From assembly GCF_009914755.1 (NCBI RefSeq), contig NC_060943.1: a stretch of DNA of 64,000 nucleotides. One strand, given 5' to 3'. Position numbers and translations under genes: made by a program. The DNA is from the human T2T-CHM13v2.0 reference genome, Homo sapiens. Numbering within the stretch: position 1 is the stretch's first letter; each line of letters begins with the position of its first letter. Of the stretch, positions 34,856 to 52,843 are shown piece after piece. The notes beneath the pieces are model-generated. The model was given only the letters and a program-made list of their open reading frames with translations. It had not been told where the DNA came from and did no database searches.

Positions 34856-35734
34856 ATGTCACACCTCAGCCAGCAGAGAATTTACAGTGGGGAAAACCCC
34901 TTTGCCTGTAAGGTATGTGGAAAAGTCTTCAGCCACAAATCAAACCTCACTGAGCATGAGCATTTTCACACGAGAGAGAAACCTTTTGAATGTAACGAGT
35001 GTGGAAAAGCCTTTAGCCAAAAGCAGTATGTCATTAAACATCAGAACACCCATACTGGCGAGAAGCTTTTCGAATGTAATGAATGTGGAAAATCATTTAG
35101 CCAGAAGGAAAACCTCCTTACGCACCAGAAAATTCACACTGGAGAAAAACCTTTTGAGTGTAAAGATTGCGGGAAAGCTTTCATTCAGAAGTCAAACCTC
35201 ATCAGACACCAGAGAACTCACACAGGAGAGAAGCCCTTTGTATGTAAGGAGTGTGGAAAAACCTTCAGTGGCAAATCCAACCTTACTGAGCATGAGAAAA
35301 TCCATATTGGAGAGAAGCCTTTTAAATGTAGTGAATGTGGAACAGCCTTTGGCCAGAAGAAGTACCTCATAAAACATCAGAACATTCACACTGGAGAGAA
35401 ACCCTATGAATGTAACGAATGTGGAAAAGCCTTCTCTCAGCGAACATCACTTATTGTACATGTGAGGATTCATTCAGGTGATAAACCTTACGAATGCAAT
35501 GTTTGTGGAAAAGCCTTCTCTCAGAGCTCATCTCTCACTGTGCATGTGAGAAGCCATACAGGGGAGAAGCCCTATGGTTGTAATGAATGTGGGAAAGCTT
35601 TCTCTCAGTTCTCAACCCTTGCTCTGCATTTGAGAATACACACAGGTAAGAAGCCTTATCAGTGCAGTGAATGTGGGAAAGCTTTCAGCCAGAAGTCACA
35701 CCACATTAGACACCAGAAAATTCATACTCACTAA
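34856..35734 (+). CDS. ZNF146: Zinc finger protein OZF (292 aa, ten tandem C2H2 Kruppel fingers, no effector domain)
   Basis: [26 protein letters not shown]…HQKIHTH; CxxC-x12-HxxxH repeats with TGEKP linkers; recognised as OZF. Confidence 0.97.
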
Positions 35735-37061
35735 AAACCCCATGAAAGCCTTGAAAGTGGGAAAGCTTTCATTAGAAATTTGCACCTCATCATGCCCCAG
35801 AAATAATCCTTCTGAAGCAAAGCACCACGAATGAGGTTAACTTTAACAAGTACTAAAAACTTAAGGGACACCAGAAAATTTGTACTGAAGAGAAAGACAT
35901 GCATATGATTAAAACCCTGTGTCCAACAGAGAAACCTGCAGCAGAGATAATGGTGAAAGTTTAGGCACATTTTCACTAAAAGTGGGAACAGAAAATGGAG
36001 GCCTGTTTTTTATTGCTACCACCATAGATCTGGAGATCTTCGCCAGTAACAAGAAAAATTAAGTTGTAAATATTGGAAAGGAACAGACAAAAATAGATGA
36101 CATGGTCATCTACAACTAATATTAAGACTCCTGTGGTATTGATTGAGCAGAGCAGAAGAGATTTCAAAAAAAGACCTATGCATTTATTAGAATTTGGAAT
36201 ATGATACAAGTGGCATCAGGAAATGAGGAAATAATGGAACTATTTTTTTTAAGTGGAGGTAGTTTGTTCTCCAAGGGGGAAAAATAGACCATGAACTATA
36301 CACAAAAGTGAATCCAGAGATTAAAAACAGAAATATGGAAAAGCTATGTACTAAAATGCATATGACCTTGGGAATAGGGAAACATTCCTTGGAACAATTT
36401 GAGAAATACTTAGCGGTTCTACTTATGAGTATGAATGCTCAGGAAATACGCACTAGGATATTTACTGTGGCTTGATTTGTAGTAGCCAAAAATTAGAAAC
36501 AACTGAGAAAGCCCATCACAAACAATATGGGAAATTCTTATGTAATACTATATATCTGTAAAATGCAACAAATGAAATCCACATGTATTAACAGAAAGAT
36601 CCCAGAATTGTTGAGGGGGGATCAAGTTGCAGAATGATACAGATAGTACAATGACTTTTTTGTAAATTTGAATTAAAAGTTTCCTCATAAAACTCAGTAC
36701 TATCTATTGGTAATGGATGCATATATGTATGTACATGTTTTTGAAACGGATTGGAAGGATACAGACCAAACTCTTGATAGTGGTCACCTGTGAAGAGTGG
36801 AGAAGGGAAAATAATGAGTGTGGGAGGTGGGATGGGTATTGGTTAAAGGGGACTTCAGCTTTTTATATAAACATCCACTTCTCTTTCAAAAGACTTCAAG
36901 TAAATATAAGAAGATACTGATTGATTCTGGATTGTGGTATAGGGATATCTTGTCTTATTTTTTGTACTTTTCTGTATTTTTAAAATTTCTCAAAATAGGA
37001 ATGGGAGTGAGGATGGGAATGCTGTATCTGTGGAAGTCATGTTATACTGGATTCATTTCCA

Positions 37062-37164
37062 ATTAAATACTAAACATTTTATAGAAAATATTTCTAAAAT
37101 TTTATCACGGATGAATGGATGGACTTGCTCTCTATGTAATATGAAATTAATCTATTTTATTAAA
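37062..37164 (+). terminator. ZNF146: Candidate ZNF146 poly(A) signals (ATTAAA at 37062 and 37159)
   Basis: Variant hexamers in AT-rich sequence ~1.3-1.4 kb after the stop; cleavage site not determinable. Confidence 0.45.
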
Positions 37165-37227
37165 ATTTAAAAGGACAGCACAATCCAAATCTGTTTTAAT
37201 TATTTTAACATGGCATACACACTATAT

Positions 37228-37542
37228 CGGGGTCCCCAGCTCCCCCCAGCTGCATGGCAGGAGGTGAGTGGCGGGTGAGCGAGCATTGCCACCTGAGCTC
37301 CACCTCCTGCCAGATCAGCGGTGGCATTAGTTCTCATAGGAGCGCGAACCCTATTGGGAACTGTGCATGTGAGGAATCCAGGTTGTGCGCTTCTTATGAG
37401 AATGTAACGCCTGATGATCTGAGGTGGAACAGTTTCATCCTGAAAACATCCCATCCCCATTCTTCTACCCCCACAAACCGTCCGTGGAAAAATTGTCTTC
37501 CATGAAACAGGTCCCTGGTACCAAAAAGGTTGGGGACCGCTG
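37228..37542 (+). mobile_element. MER1B-type hAT-Charlie MITE
   Basis: Termini CGGGGTCCCCA…GGTTGGGGACCGCTG; exact 8-bp TSD CACTATAT (37220-37227 / 37543-37550). Confidence 0.88.
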
Positions 37543-38524
37543 CACTATATGATCTCTGTCTTCGTATTTCTAACATTTTGCAGAATGAGCTTAGAAAACT
37601 TTAACTTTTTCTTTGTTCATACATGCACAGGCTTCATATAATTGGTCTTTTTCAGTTAGGCTGATTTTGGAATGTCAGTTTTCCTCTCCTGCATATTTCC
37701 ATGGGAAACGTGTGCATTAAATATTAAATTTTTGATAATATCTTTTTTTTTTTTTTTCCCATCTTGCTCTGTTGCCCAGGCCAGAATACCATGGCAGGAT
37801 CTTGGCTCACTGCAATCTCCTCTGCTTACTGGGCTCAAGCAGTCCTCCGACCTCAGCCTCCCAAGTAGCTGGGACTACAGGCACGCACCACTATGCTGTG
37901 CCAATTAAAAAAAAAAAATTGTAGCGATGGGGTCTCCGTATATTGCCCAGATTAGTCCCAAACTCCTGGGGTGAAGTGATTCTCCATGGCCTGTTCAAGT
38001 GCTGCCATTACATTACAGGTATGAGTCACCATGCCCAGCTAATTTTATTTTTAAAAAGAGAAAACAACTTCCCATAACTTCCACAGTTCAGTGCATTAGA
38101 TACCAACACCTGCGTGTCTGTCTTAACCTGCGAGCTCTGTCACTCCTCCCACTGCTGTTACAGAGAGAGAATGGGACGGGTATGAGAAAAATGGCTCAGA
38201 CCCTAGACAGAGTTCTATTTTGTAAACCAGCCCTTCATGAAAATTTTTTTATTCTTTGATCACATTATAATATAAAGAATATTATTAAAGGTTTTCTTGA
38301 ATAATGGTGAATGTCAATAATATACAGCATTTGAGCTTGATTTTGAAACCTTAAAAAACTCATTAAATGGCACTGCATCACTGTATCTTTTAGCCTTTTT
38401 GGAGGAATTAGATACTTAAATGTCTAAATGAATCTGCCCTTTATATTATGATGTACCCCATCTTTTTCTCTGTTTTCCCTGTTTGCACATATATTTCACA
38501 TTTAAAGGTGTTGTCTTTATGATA

Positions 38525-38688
38525 CAGTTGGCCCTCTGTATCCATGGGCTCTGCATCCATTTATCAACGAACCCTGGATGGAAAGTGTTTAAAATATACA
38601 ACAATTTTAAAAATACAAATGTTAATATACAACTATTTGGATAGCATTTACATTGTATTAGGTATTATGACTAATCTAGAGATGATTC
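38525..38688. mobile_element. MER2/Tigger3-type TcMar fragment
   Basis: TA-CAGTTGGCCCTCTGTATCCATGGG…CATTTACATTGTATTAGGTATTAT…AATCTAGAGATGATT. Confidence 0.7.
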
Positions 38689-38690
38689 TA

Positions 38691-39544
<854 letters not shown>

Positions 39545-39637
39545 CTGTGGGCAACTGATTTTCAACTAGAATGCCAAACTTATTTAATGGAGGAAAGAAT
39601 AATTCCCTTAAAAAATGATGTCGGGGGCAGTGGCTCA

Positions 39638-41245
<1,608 letters not shown>

Positions 41246-43004
41246 CATTGTGTAAGTCCAGTATCTGTTTCTTCTTGACATGGTCATCTGCTGATTTTCT
41301 TTTCCCCTGATAATTCATCACATTTTCCCAGTTCTTTGTATTTCAAATAATTTTAGATTGCACCCAGTGCATTTTAAGTATTATTTTCTAAGACTGTGTT
41401 CTGTTCAGATTATCTGAGAGTAAATGTTGGGTTTTTGGTTTTGGTCTTTTTGTTTGTTTGTTTTTGAGGCAGAATTTCGCTCTTGTCCCCCAGGCTGGAG
41501 GATAATGGGGTGATCTCAGCTCACTGCAACCTGTGCCTCCCGGGTTGAAGTGACTCTCCTGCCTCAGCCTCTTGAGTAGCTGGGATGACAGGCGCCCTCC
41601 ACCACGCCCGGCTAATTTTTGTATTTTTAGTAGAGATGGAGTTTTGTCCTGTTGGCCAGGCTGGTCTCAAATTCCTGACTTCAGGTGATCCACCCACCTC
41701 GGCCTTCCAAAGTGTGGGGATTACAAGCGTGAGCCACTGTGCCAGGCCCAAACTGGATAATTTCAAATCCTCAGGGAAGGCAGACTTCCATTACTGGCCA
41801 AGATGGGATAAGCACATTTCAGCATCTCTCTCACTGATTTCTATTTAACACCCCAGAGTGAATACAAAAAGAAACCACCTGAAGATTCAGAAATACAAGT
41901 AATAGCAGGCAGATGTGAAGGGAGTTAAAAACGAGAAGAATGGACACGATGACCATATGTTTGCTGGGGGATTTTCCTCCTTTATCTTTTGGCTTTGGAA
42001 GGAGGGAAGTCTCAGAGCTGTGTGATGGGTTCAGGGAGCATAAATTATGAGAGAAATGCCTTCCTTCCAGCCAGAGGAGTCCAAAAGAGGACCTGGTGTG
42101 ACAGAGTGAGAGAGGGGTTCTTTTTTTTAATTGAGACAGGGTCTTGCTATGTCACCCAGGCTGGGGGTGGGGGTGGCACGATCTTGGCTCAGTGCAGCCT
42201 TGACCCCTTGGGCTCAAGTGATTCTCCCACCTCAGCCTCCTGAGTAGCTGGGACTAGAGGCATGAGCCACCACACCCAGCTACTTTTTAAAATTTTGTAG
42301 AGACAGGGGTCTCACTCTGTTGCCCAGGCTGATTTCAAACTCCTGAACTCCAGGAATCCACCCTCCTTGGCCTCCCAAAGTGCTGGGATTACAGGTGTGA
42401 ACCACCACACCCAGCCTTCCCTTTTTTCTGTTTTTCTTCTTTTCTCTACTGGCCTTGCACCAAGAACAGCCCCAGTCATTAGGCTGCTCTGCCACTGCCG
42501 TAGCTGTCAACCAAACCAAGAAAAAAGACCCATGGGATCCCATGTCTGTGTGTCTGAGTGGCTGGGGGCAGGGGGTGTCCTCTCTTTCTCTCTCTCTATT
42601 CTTGCCACCTCACCACAAAGTGGAGCTAGGTCTGGTCTTGTGAAAACGTGCCTGTTGGGGGCGCTGGGAGGGCAGCTGAAACTCTGACAGAAGGCCGGAT
42701 GCGGTGGCTCACGCCTGTAATCCCGGGAGGCCGAGGCGAGCGAATCAGTTGTCAGAAGTTCAAGACCAGTGTGGTCAAAATGGTGAAACCCTTCTCTACT
42801 AAAAATACAAAAATTATCTGGGCGTGGTGGTGGGTACCTGTCATCCCAGCTACTCAGGAGACTGAAGTAGGAGAATTGCTTGAACCTGGAAGGTGGAGGT
42901 TGCAGTGAGCAAGATCGTGCACTCCGACCTGGGCAACAGAGCAAGACCCTAAAGAAAAAGTTTATTAATTTTTTTTTAAAAAGGAGGCTGGGCACGCTGG
43001 CTCA

Positions 43005-43296
<292 letters not shown>

Positions 43297-43519
43297 CTAC
43301 GCCTTAGATTAGAACGTGTCTTTTTCATCCACTGTGGTTGGTACTCGATAGGCTTGTATCTTGTTGACGGTCAGTTTTGGGACCTTTTCTCGTATTATGT
43401 GGTAATTTTCATTGTTGTGTTTTGTTTTCTTGAATCCCTACTGTTCAGTGGCTAGGCTAGAAACTGTTGGAAACTCTTAATTTATCATGTGACGTTTTAT
43501 TTCTTTTGAGTTTAGGGAT

Positions 43520-44700
43520 CCACAGCCTGAGACCCGGCGAGCCTCGCTGCCCTTGCGAGAGCCATGGATTCGCATTTGCGCAGAGTCGGGGTCTGTTGCT
43601 ACGGGTCCCCTGGGCTCCTTTGAATCGCTTTGGCAGCTCCCTCGGTTTAGAGCTACAGGGTTTTCTCCCTCCCCTGAGACTCTAACGCGTGCACCAACTC
43701 GCGCCTAGAGGGCGTGTATGACCCCAGCTCAGTTCTAAGCCGAGGGGCTGCTGCCGGACATTCTAGGGTCTGATCTGGCGGGCTCGAAGGGAGGACAGTC
43801 ACTGCGACCCGGAAAGCTCCGCGCTTACGACGCCCACCCAGAAAATCCGGATCACATTTCCCGTGGTCCACCGCGCATCTAGGAGGTTACCTGCGTCCAG
43901 GCGGTGACTTGCGAGGGACCACCTTTCCCAGGGTCCACGGCGCATTTAGGTGGTGGCTTGCTCTGGACTACATTTCCCAGGGTCCACCGCGGATCTAGGA
44001 GGAGGCTTGAGATGCAGCCTCCCAGCTTCGAGGCTACCACCTGCCCGAATTGGTGCTTTGGCAGAGTCTCTGGTGCCCGGGTGAATGGGTTCAGGGTCTC
44101 TTAAGGACCCTCCGTTGACGATGCCTCGAGCTATGACCCACCCTGGCTCCGTCCACGGTTGTCGGGGTCCCGGGCTGCTTTTCTTGGAGGGCTCGGTGCC
44201 GGAGGCTACTCTTGAGTCCCGGTTCCTTCGCCCAGCTGCGGGCCTCGGGCTACTGGATCCGCTGTCTCGGTTTGGGTGCGGGGCCTTGGCTCAGGCGGAA
44301 CCCGACCGGGATCGCCCCGCGAGATGCAGTCGTTGAGGGAGTCAGGAGCCCGGGTCTGGGCGGGGACCCCAAGGCTGCTGGAGCCGGAGCTGGCGCGGGG
44401 GAGACGTGTGTGTGCGCGCGTGTGTCTCTCTGTGCGCGCGTCAGTGTGTGCACGCGTGTGTCTGTGTTTGCATCTCTGTGTGTGCACACGTGTGCCTGTG
44501 TGTGCGTCTCTGCACGTGTCTGTTTGCCTGTGGTGCACACGCGTGTCTGTGTGCGTCTCTGCGCGTGCCTGTTTGCCTGTGTGCACACGTGTGTCTGTGT
44601 GCGTCTCTGTGCGCACGTGTCTGCGTGCGCGTGTCTCTGCACAAGTGGGTGTGCGCGCACGTCTCCGTGTGTGCGTGTGTGTGTGTGTGGCGCTAGCCCT
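43520..44700. promoter_or_regulatory. Second CpG island: distal ZNF565 promoter, possibly bidirectional
   Basis: CpG-rich; contains the distal ZNF565 exon, three tandem ZNF143-motif-like units (43849-44006) and a (TG/CG)-rich low-complexity tract at 44405-44690. Confidence 0.75.
43891..43945 (-). CDS. ZNF565: ZNF565 distal first coding exon (MRRGPWERWSLASHRLDA+G)
   Basis: ATG at 43945-43943, 55 nt, donor GCAG|GTAACC; splices in frame to 454 (55+74=129 nt=43 codons ending MAQ); matches the recalled long ZNF565 N-terminus. Confidence 0.82.
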
Positions 44701-45425
44701 AGCCAGCTGTTTGACGTGCATGATTGTGACAGCAGCATGCATGATTGTGACAGCAGCATTAGGTGTGTGGCCACTTGTAACCACGTGAATGGCTTTTCTT
44801 GACTGTGTGTAACTCTTGCTTATGTTATTGACTGTATGTGAATAGTTACAGAGGGAGTGTCTGTATTGCCGAAGTAGTGAGAGCATGATGGTGTGTCATG
44901 AGCAGTTTTAGTGAAAGGTAGGAAGCAACCAGGGTGTTTTTCTTTCTACATTTACACACACCACTCACCAATGTGTGGAGTTTTTTTCTCCCACACTAAA
45001 CAGTTCTTCAGCGGACACCAACTGGGTGTGCTACAGTTCAGTGCAATTCCAACTGTACCTGGAGATAGCAGCAGAACCCATCGGTTAAGGGCTTAGTCCC
45101 AAAATACTGCCCCCGCTTCAGATGCCAATTGCAGGTCCCAGGATGTGACCTGTGCTTCTGACCTACTGGCTATAAATCAAGGTTGCCATGACCCCTCAAG
45201 TTTGAGTATTTTGCTAGAGTGGTTCACAGAACTCTGAGAAACACTTTATTTATGTTTACCCATTTATTATAAAGGATATTGACAAGGATACAGATTAACA
45301 GCCAGAAGGAAGAGATGCATAGGGCAAGATATGGGGGAGGGGTGCAGAGCTTCCATGCCGTCTCTGGCTGCACCACCCTCCAGGAACCTTTACGTGTTCA
45401 ATAATCCAGGAGCCCTCCAAACCCC

Positions 45426-45529
45426 TTAGTTTAGCAGTTTAGTTTAGTTTAGTAGTTTAGTTTTAGTTTAGTTTAGTTTAGTTTAGTTTAGTAGTTTAGT
45501 TTTAGTTTAGTTTAGTTTAGTTTAGTTTA
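45426..45529. repeat. (TTTAG)n pentanucleotide microsatellite
   Basis: About 20 imperfect AGTTT units abutting the LTR5_Hs insertion site. Confidence 0.92.
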
Positions 45530-45535
45530 TCCCAG

Positions 45536-46489
<954 letters not shown>

Positions 46490-47519
46490 TTACAGTTTAT
46501 GAGCGAAAACAACATGGCTATAATTTCCGCAATGTAGACATTTCCAGGGTGTAATAAGATAGTTGGTTGAAAGCTGGGGATAAGGATATAGAAGATGTTT
46601 TGTGTCTACCTTGAGGAGGAAGAGGTGGGACATGACTGATTAGGGATAAAGGAGAGTAGAGTGCAGAGTCTTGGGAGACAGGACCTGGCTGTCCAGGCAA
46701 GTGTGGTGTGGGCGATGTTAATGACTTTCATGGGATGGACAGATGCCAAATTAAAGCAGCATATGCTAAAGGGTTGTTTTTTTTTTTTGAATAATGAGGG
46801 CAAACAGTGACATTTTGCAAAGATAAAATTCTCCCTTTTCCTAGACGAGGTCTCTCCTACTCTCACACCACTCAACACTCAATAAAGAACATTTCTGACA
46901 CCAGATGTGTGGGTTTTTTCTCCACACACCAAGCAGTTCCCCATTAGACACCAACTGTAGGACTACAGTTCAGTTCAGTTCTGACACCACCTACCTGGAG
47001 ATAGCGTCAGATCCCACAGGCTAAGGGACCAGTCCCACAAGATCCTTCCACTTCAGATGTCCATCTCAAGAGCCAGGTGGTGACCTGTACTTCTGACCAG
47101 CTATAAATTTGGGGTTTCCACATCCTCTCCTCAGGTGTGATTAATCTTCTAGGATGGCTCACAGATCTCAGGGAAACCATTTACTTAACATTAGTCCATT
47201 TAGTATAAAGGATATTACAGCTGGGCATGGTGTTGCCCGTCTGTAATCCCAGCACTTTCGGAGGCTGAGGTGGGCAGATCACTTGAGCCCAGGAGTTTGA
47301 GACCAGCCTCGGCAACATAGCAAAACCCTGTCTTTATTAAAATACAAAACTTAGCTTGGTGTGGTGGTGCACGCCTGTAGTCCTAGTACTAGGGAGACCA
47401 AGGTGGGAGGATTGAGCCTAGGAGGTTGAGGTTGTGGTCAGCCCAGATCTCACCATTGCACTCCAGCCTGGGCAACAGAGCGAGACCCTGTCTCAAAAAA
47501 AATTTTATTTATTTATTTA

Positions 47520-47891
<372 letters not shown>

Positions 47892-48935
47892 TCAATGCCC
47901 TCACCCCAGCACATCATCCTCCAGGAATCCCCACGTGTTCAGCAATCTGGAAGCTCTCTGAACCCAATCCTTTTGGGTTTTCATGGAGGCTTCATTACAT
48001 AGGCATGATTGATAACATCATTGGCCATTGTCAGTCAACTCAACCTTCAGCTGCTGTCCCCTCCCCAGAGGTCAAGGGGTGGGGCTGAAAGTTCCAACCC
48101 TCATATCACATTCTGAGGCCATCCAGGAGCCCACCAAGAAGTCACCTCATTAGAACATACTATGCTCCTATCAGCCAGGAAATCCCAAGGGATTTGAGAA
48201 CTCTGTGTCAGGAACTAGGGTCAAAGACCAGATATTAGAACAAATGATCCTCCTAGTACCCAAGGGTTTTAAGGAGCTCTAGACCAGGAGCTAGGGACAG
48301 AGACCAATATATGTGTATTTCTTTTTATTTTATATTCCCAGCTCCCCAAGGTTATCCATTTTAAAAGTCTAGTAAGTTTCCTTTACCTCTCTCCTTGCTC
48401 AAACATGCACATACATATATTGAGTGACTTTTATTCCCTTTTGCCTTTACTAGAATTATATGTAATTTTTTTTTTTAGCTTGTGTTTCTAGGGAAGACCT
48501 TATGGATGTCCTTCCAAATTAGTGCTTACTGATTTGCTGATTTGAGTAGTACTTGGAAGGACGTAATTTTTTTTTAATTCAAGCTTTTTATTATGGATAC
48601 TTTCAACATTATATATGCAGAGAGCCTAGTACAGTGAATCCACCTTTGACAATTAACACATGGCGAGTTTTGCTTCATCTCTATTTCCACTTGATTATTT
48701 TAAAGAAAATTCCAGGCATTTCATCTATAAATATTTCAGTATGAAATATAGTTCTTTTAAGAACTTTTCTTAAAAGACAATTTTCGTATCATCATCTTAA
48801 GAAAATGAACAATTCCTGGCCAGGTGCCATGGCTCATGCCTGTAATTCCAGCACTTTGGGAGGCCAAAGCAGGAGGATCACTTGAGTCCAAGAGTTAGAG
48901 ACCAGCATGAGCAACATGGCAAAACCTCGTCTCTA

Positions 48936-49100
<165 letters not shown>

Positions 49101-49246
49101 TCAAAAAAAAAAAAAAAAAAAAAGAAAAAGAAAAAAGAAAAAAAAGAAAAAAGACCAATTTCTTAAAATTACATAATCAGTTGCAGTTGATTTGTTCAAA
49201 TTAGAATTAGTTTAGAGTTTAAACAAGATCTACACGTTGAGCTTAG

Positions 49247-49692
<446 letters not shown>

Positions 49693-50039
49693 TGACCTCA
49701 AGTGATTTGCCAATCTTGGCCTCTCAAAGTTTTGTATTTTTGAAGAGACGGGGTTTCATCATGTTGGCCAGGCTGGTCTTGAACTTCTGACCACAGATGA
49801 TCTGTCTGCCTCAGCCTCCAAAGTGTTGGGATTACGGGCATGAGCCACCACACCCAGCTGTCTCTTATATATCTTTTAATCTATTGACTTCCCTTTTTTC
49901 TTGCTATTTATGTTTTGGAGAAATCAAACACTAGATCATATAGAGTTTCCACATACTGCCTTTGAGTACACCCCCATGGTACTGATTAACAAATTAGATG
50001 CTCTGTATTTTCTCTAAAATATCTGGTAATTAACTAGAG

Positions 50040-50285
50040 CAGTGGTTCTCAACCAGTTGTGTTTTTTGTTTCTTTGTTTGCTTGTTTGTTTTCTCTAGAA
50101 GACATTTGGCAATGTTTGGAGATATTTTTGGTTGTCACAACTGGAAGGAAGGATGGTATTGCTGGCACCTATTGGCTAGAGGCCAGGGTGCTGCTAAACA
50201 TCCTATACTGTACAGGACAGCCTCCTCCCATCCCAAAGAATTATCTGGTCCAAAGTGAAAATAGTGTCAGAGTTGAGAAACTGTG
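50040..50285. mobile_element. MER20 hAT-Charlie element
   Basis: CAGTGGTTCTCAACC…GACATTTGGCAATGTTTGGAGA…GAGGCCAGGGTGCTGCTAAACATCCTA…GTTGAGAAAC. Confidence 0.8.
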
Positions 50286-50731
50286 CTCTAGAGACTTGAT
50301 CAAATTCAAGTTCAGTTATTTTGGCAAGATCTGCTTGTCACTATTTTGTGATCAGATTTGTTAGTGGGCTTAAGTGTCATCAATGTGATTTATCCATTGT
50401 AAAGTGATTGCCTTTTGCATAATGTCATGCATTCACTGATGATCAATGCCTAGATTCATTATGTTGTTAGGAGTTGCAAACTGATCACTTTCTTATTGTG
50501 TCTCTCTTTCAGCCATTACTGGAATCCTTTTATTTCCATTACTGGAATTTCCATTACTAGAATCCTTTTATAAAAATAAAATCTGCCCACATCAACAATC
50601 TGATTACTCAGAGGGATAGCATGTGTAGGAAAGGGAGGATAAATGCTTGATTCTTTCCATTCATATTCATTAGTTTTCAGAATTACGAATTTCAGAATAC
50701 TGCATTGGTTTCCTAGTTTCCAAAGGTGATT

Positions 50732-51290
50732 GCAGCAGATTGTATTTTCCAAAGATGGTTGCAATAATAGGCTTGTTCCATATGTTATTCTAGAATCTTG
50801 CCATTCCCACTTTAAGAGGTGGAGTCTAACTCCTCTGCCTTTGAATCTGGATTGGTTTATTGTTTATAACCAATGCTGTGTGACTCCCAGGGCTCAGTTT
50901 AAGAGGCACTGTGGCCTTCACCTCATTAGCTGAAACTCCAGTGTTTGAAATCTTGAGCCATTATCTAAGAAGGTCCAAGTGCTCTGAGCCGCCATGCTAT
51001 GAGGAAGCCAAGTCACATGGGGAGGCTACTAGTCCAAGTCTTTGAGTCCTCCCACCCCAGGTACCAGACATGTGTGCAAAGCAGGCTTCATAGGTTTGCA
51101 GCCCTCAGGTATCAGGTTATTCCCAGCCTTTGAATCCTCCTGGTTGAGGCCACAGACATCAGGAGCAGGGGCAAACTATCTGCTCTGTGAGCTGTCTGAA
51201 TTCCTAACCCACAGAATCAGTGAGCACAGTAAAATCATTGTATTATACTACTGAGTTTGGAGTGGTGTATTATACAGCATCAGTAACTGG
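50732..51290 (+). mobile_element. MLT1-type MaLR LTR
   Basis: TTTTCCAAAGATGG…AAGAGGTGGAGTCTAACTCC…GCCATGCTATGAGGAAGCC…GAATTCCTAACCCACAGAATC…GAGTTTGGAGTGGT. Confidence 0.65.
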
Positions 51291-51326
51291 TGAACAATGA
51301 CTGATATACCCACACTTGTTTATGTC

Positions 51327-51359
<33 letters not shown>

Positions 51360-51587
51360 TTTTTTTTCTTTAGAGGTGGGGTCTTGCTGTGTTGTGCAGG
51401 CTGGTCTTGAACTCCTGAACTCAAGTGATCCTCCTATCTCAGCCTCCCAAAGTGCTGGGATTACAGATGTGAGCCACTGCACCTGGCCTATACTGACATA
51501 TTTTATTTTACTTAAAAAATTTTTGGCTGGGCGCGGTGGCTCACGCCTGTAATCCCAGCACTTTGGAAGGCTGAGGTGGGTGGATCA

Positions 51588-51893
<306 letters not shown>

Positions 51894-52076
51894 TCATGAT
51901 TCGAAAACCACATTAACTGTTCTCTTGGCTATCCCATACCAAGTGGAGCCAAAGGCTCTGCACAGGTTTCCAAACCCGAATCATAGCCATGATAGCAACT
52001 GTGGTCCTCTCCCTCCTGGTTACCTGCTCACCTGAAGCAGGTAAGAGCCTGCTTGGCTTCCTAGAGAGGCACTTCT

Positions 52077-52843
<767 letters not shown>

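Noticed and set aside
34722-35372. 216-aa ORF overlapping ZNF146
   Set aside because: Shifted-frame shadow of C2H2 repeats (LERNL motifs) with a non-ATG start
44206-44886. Cys/Val- and His/Thr-rich ORFs on both strands
   Set aside because: TG/CG dinucleotide-rich tract
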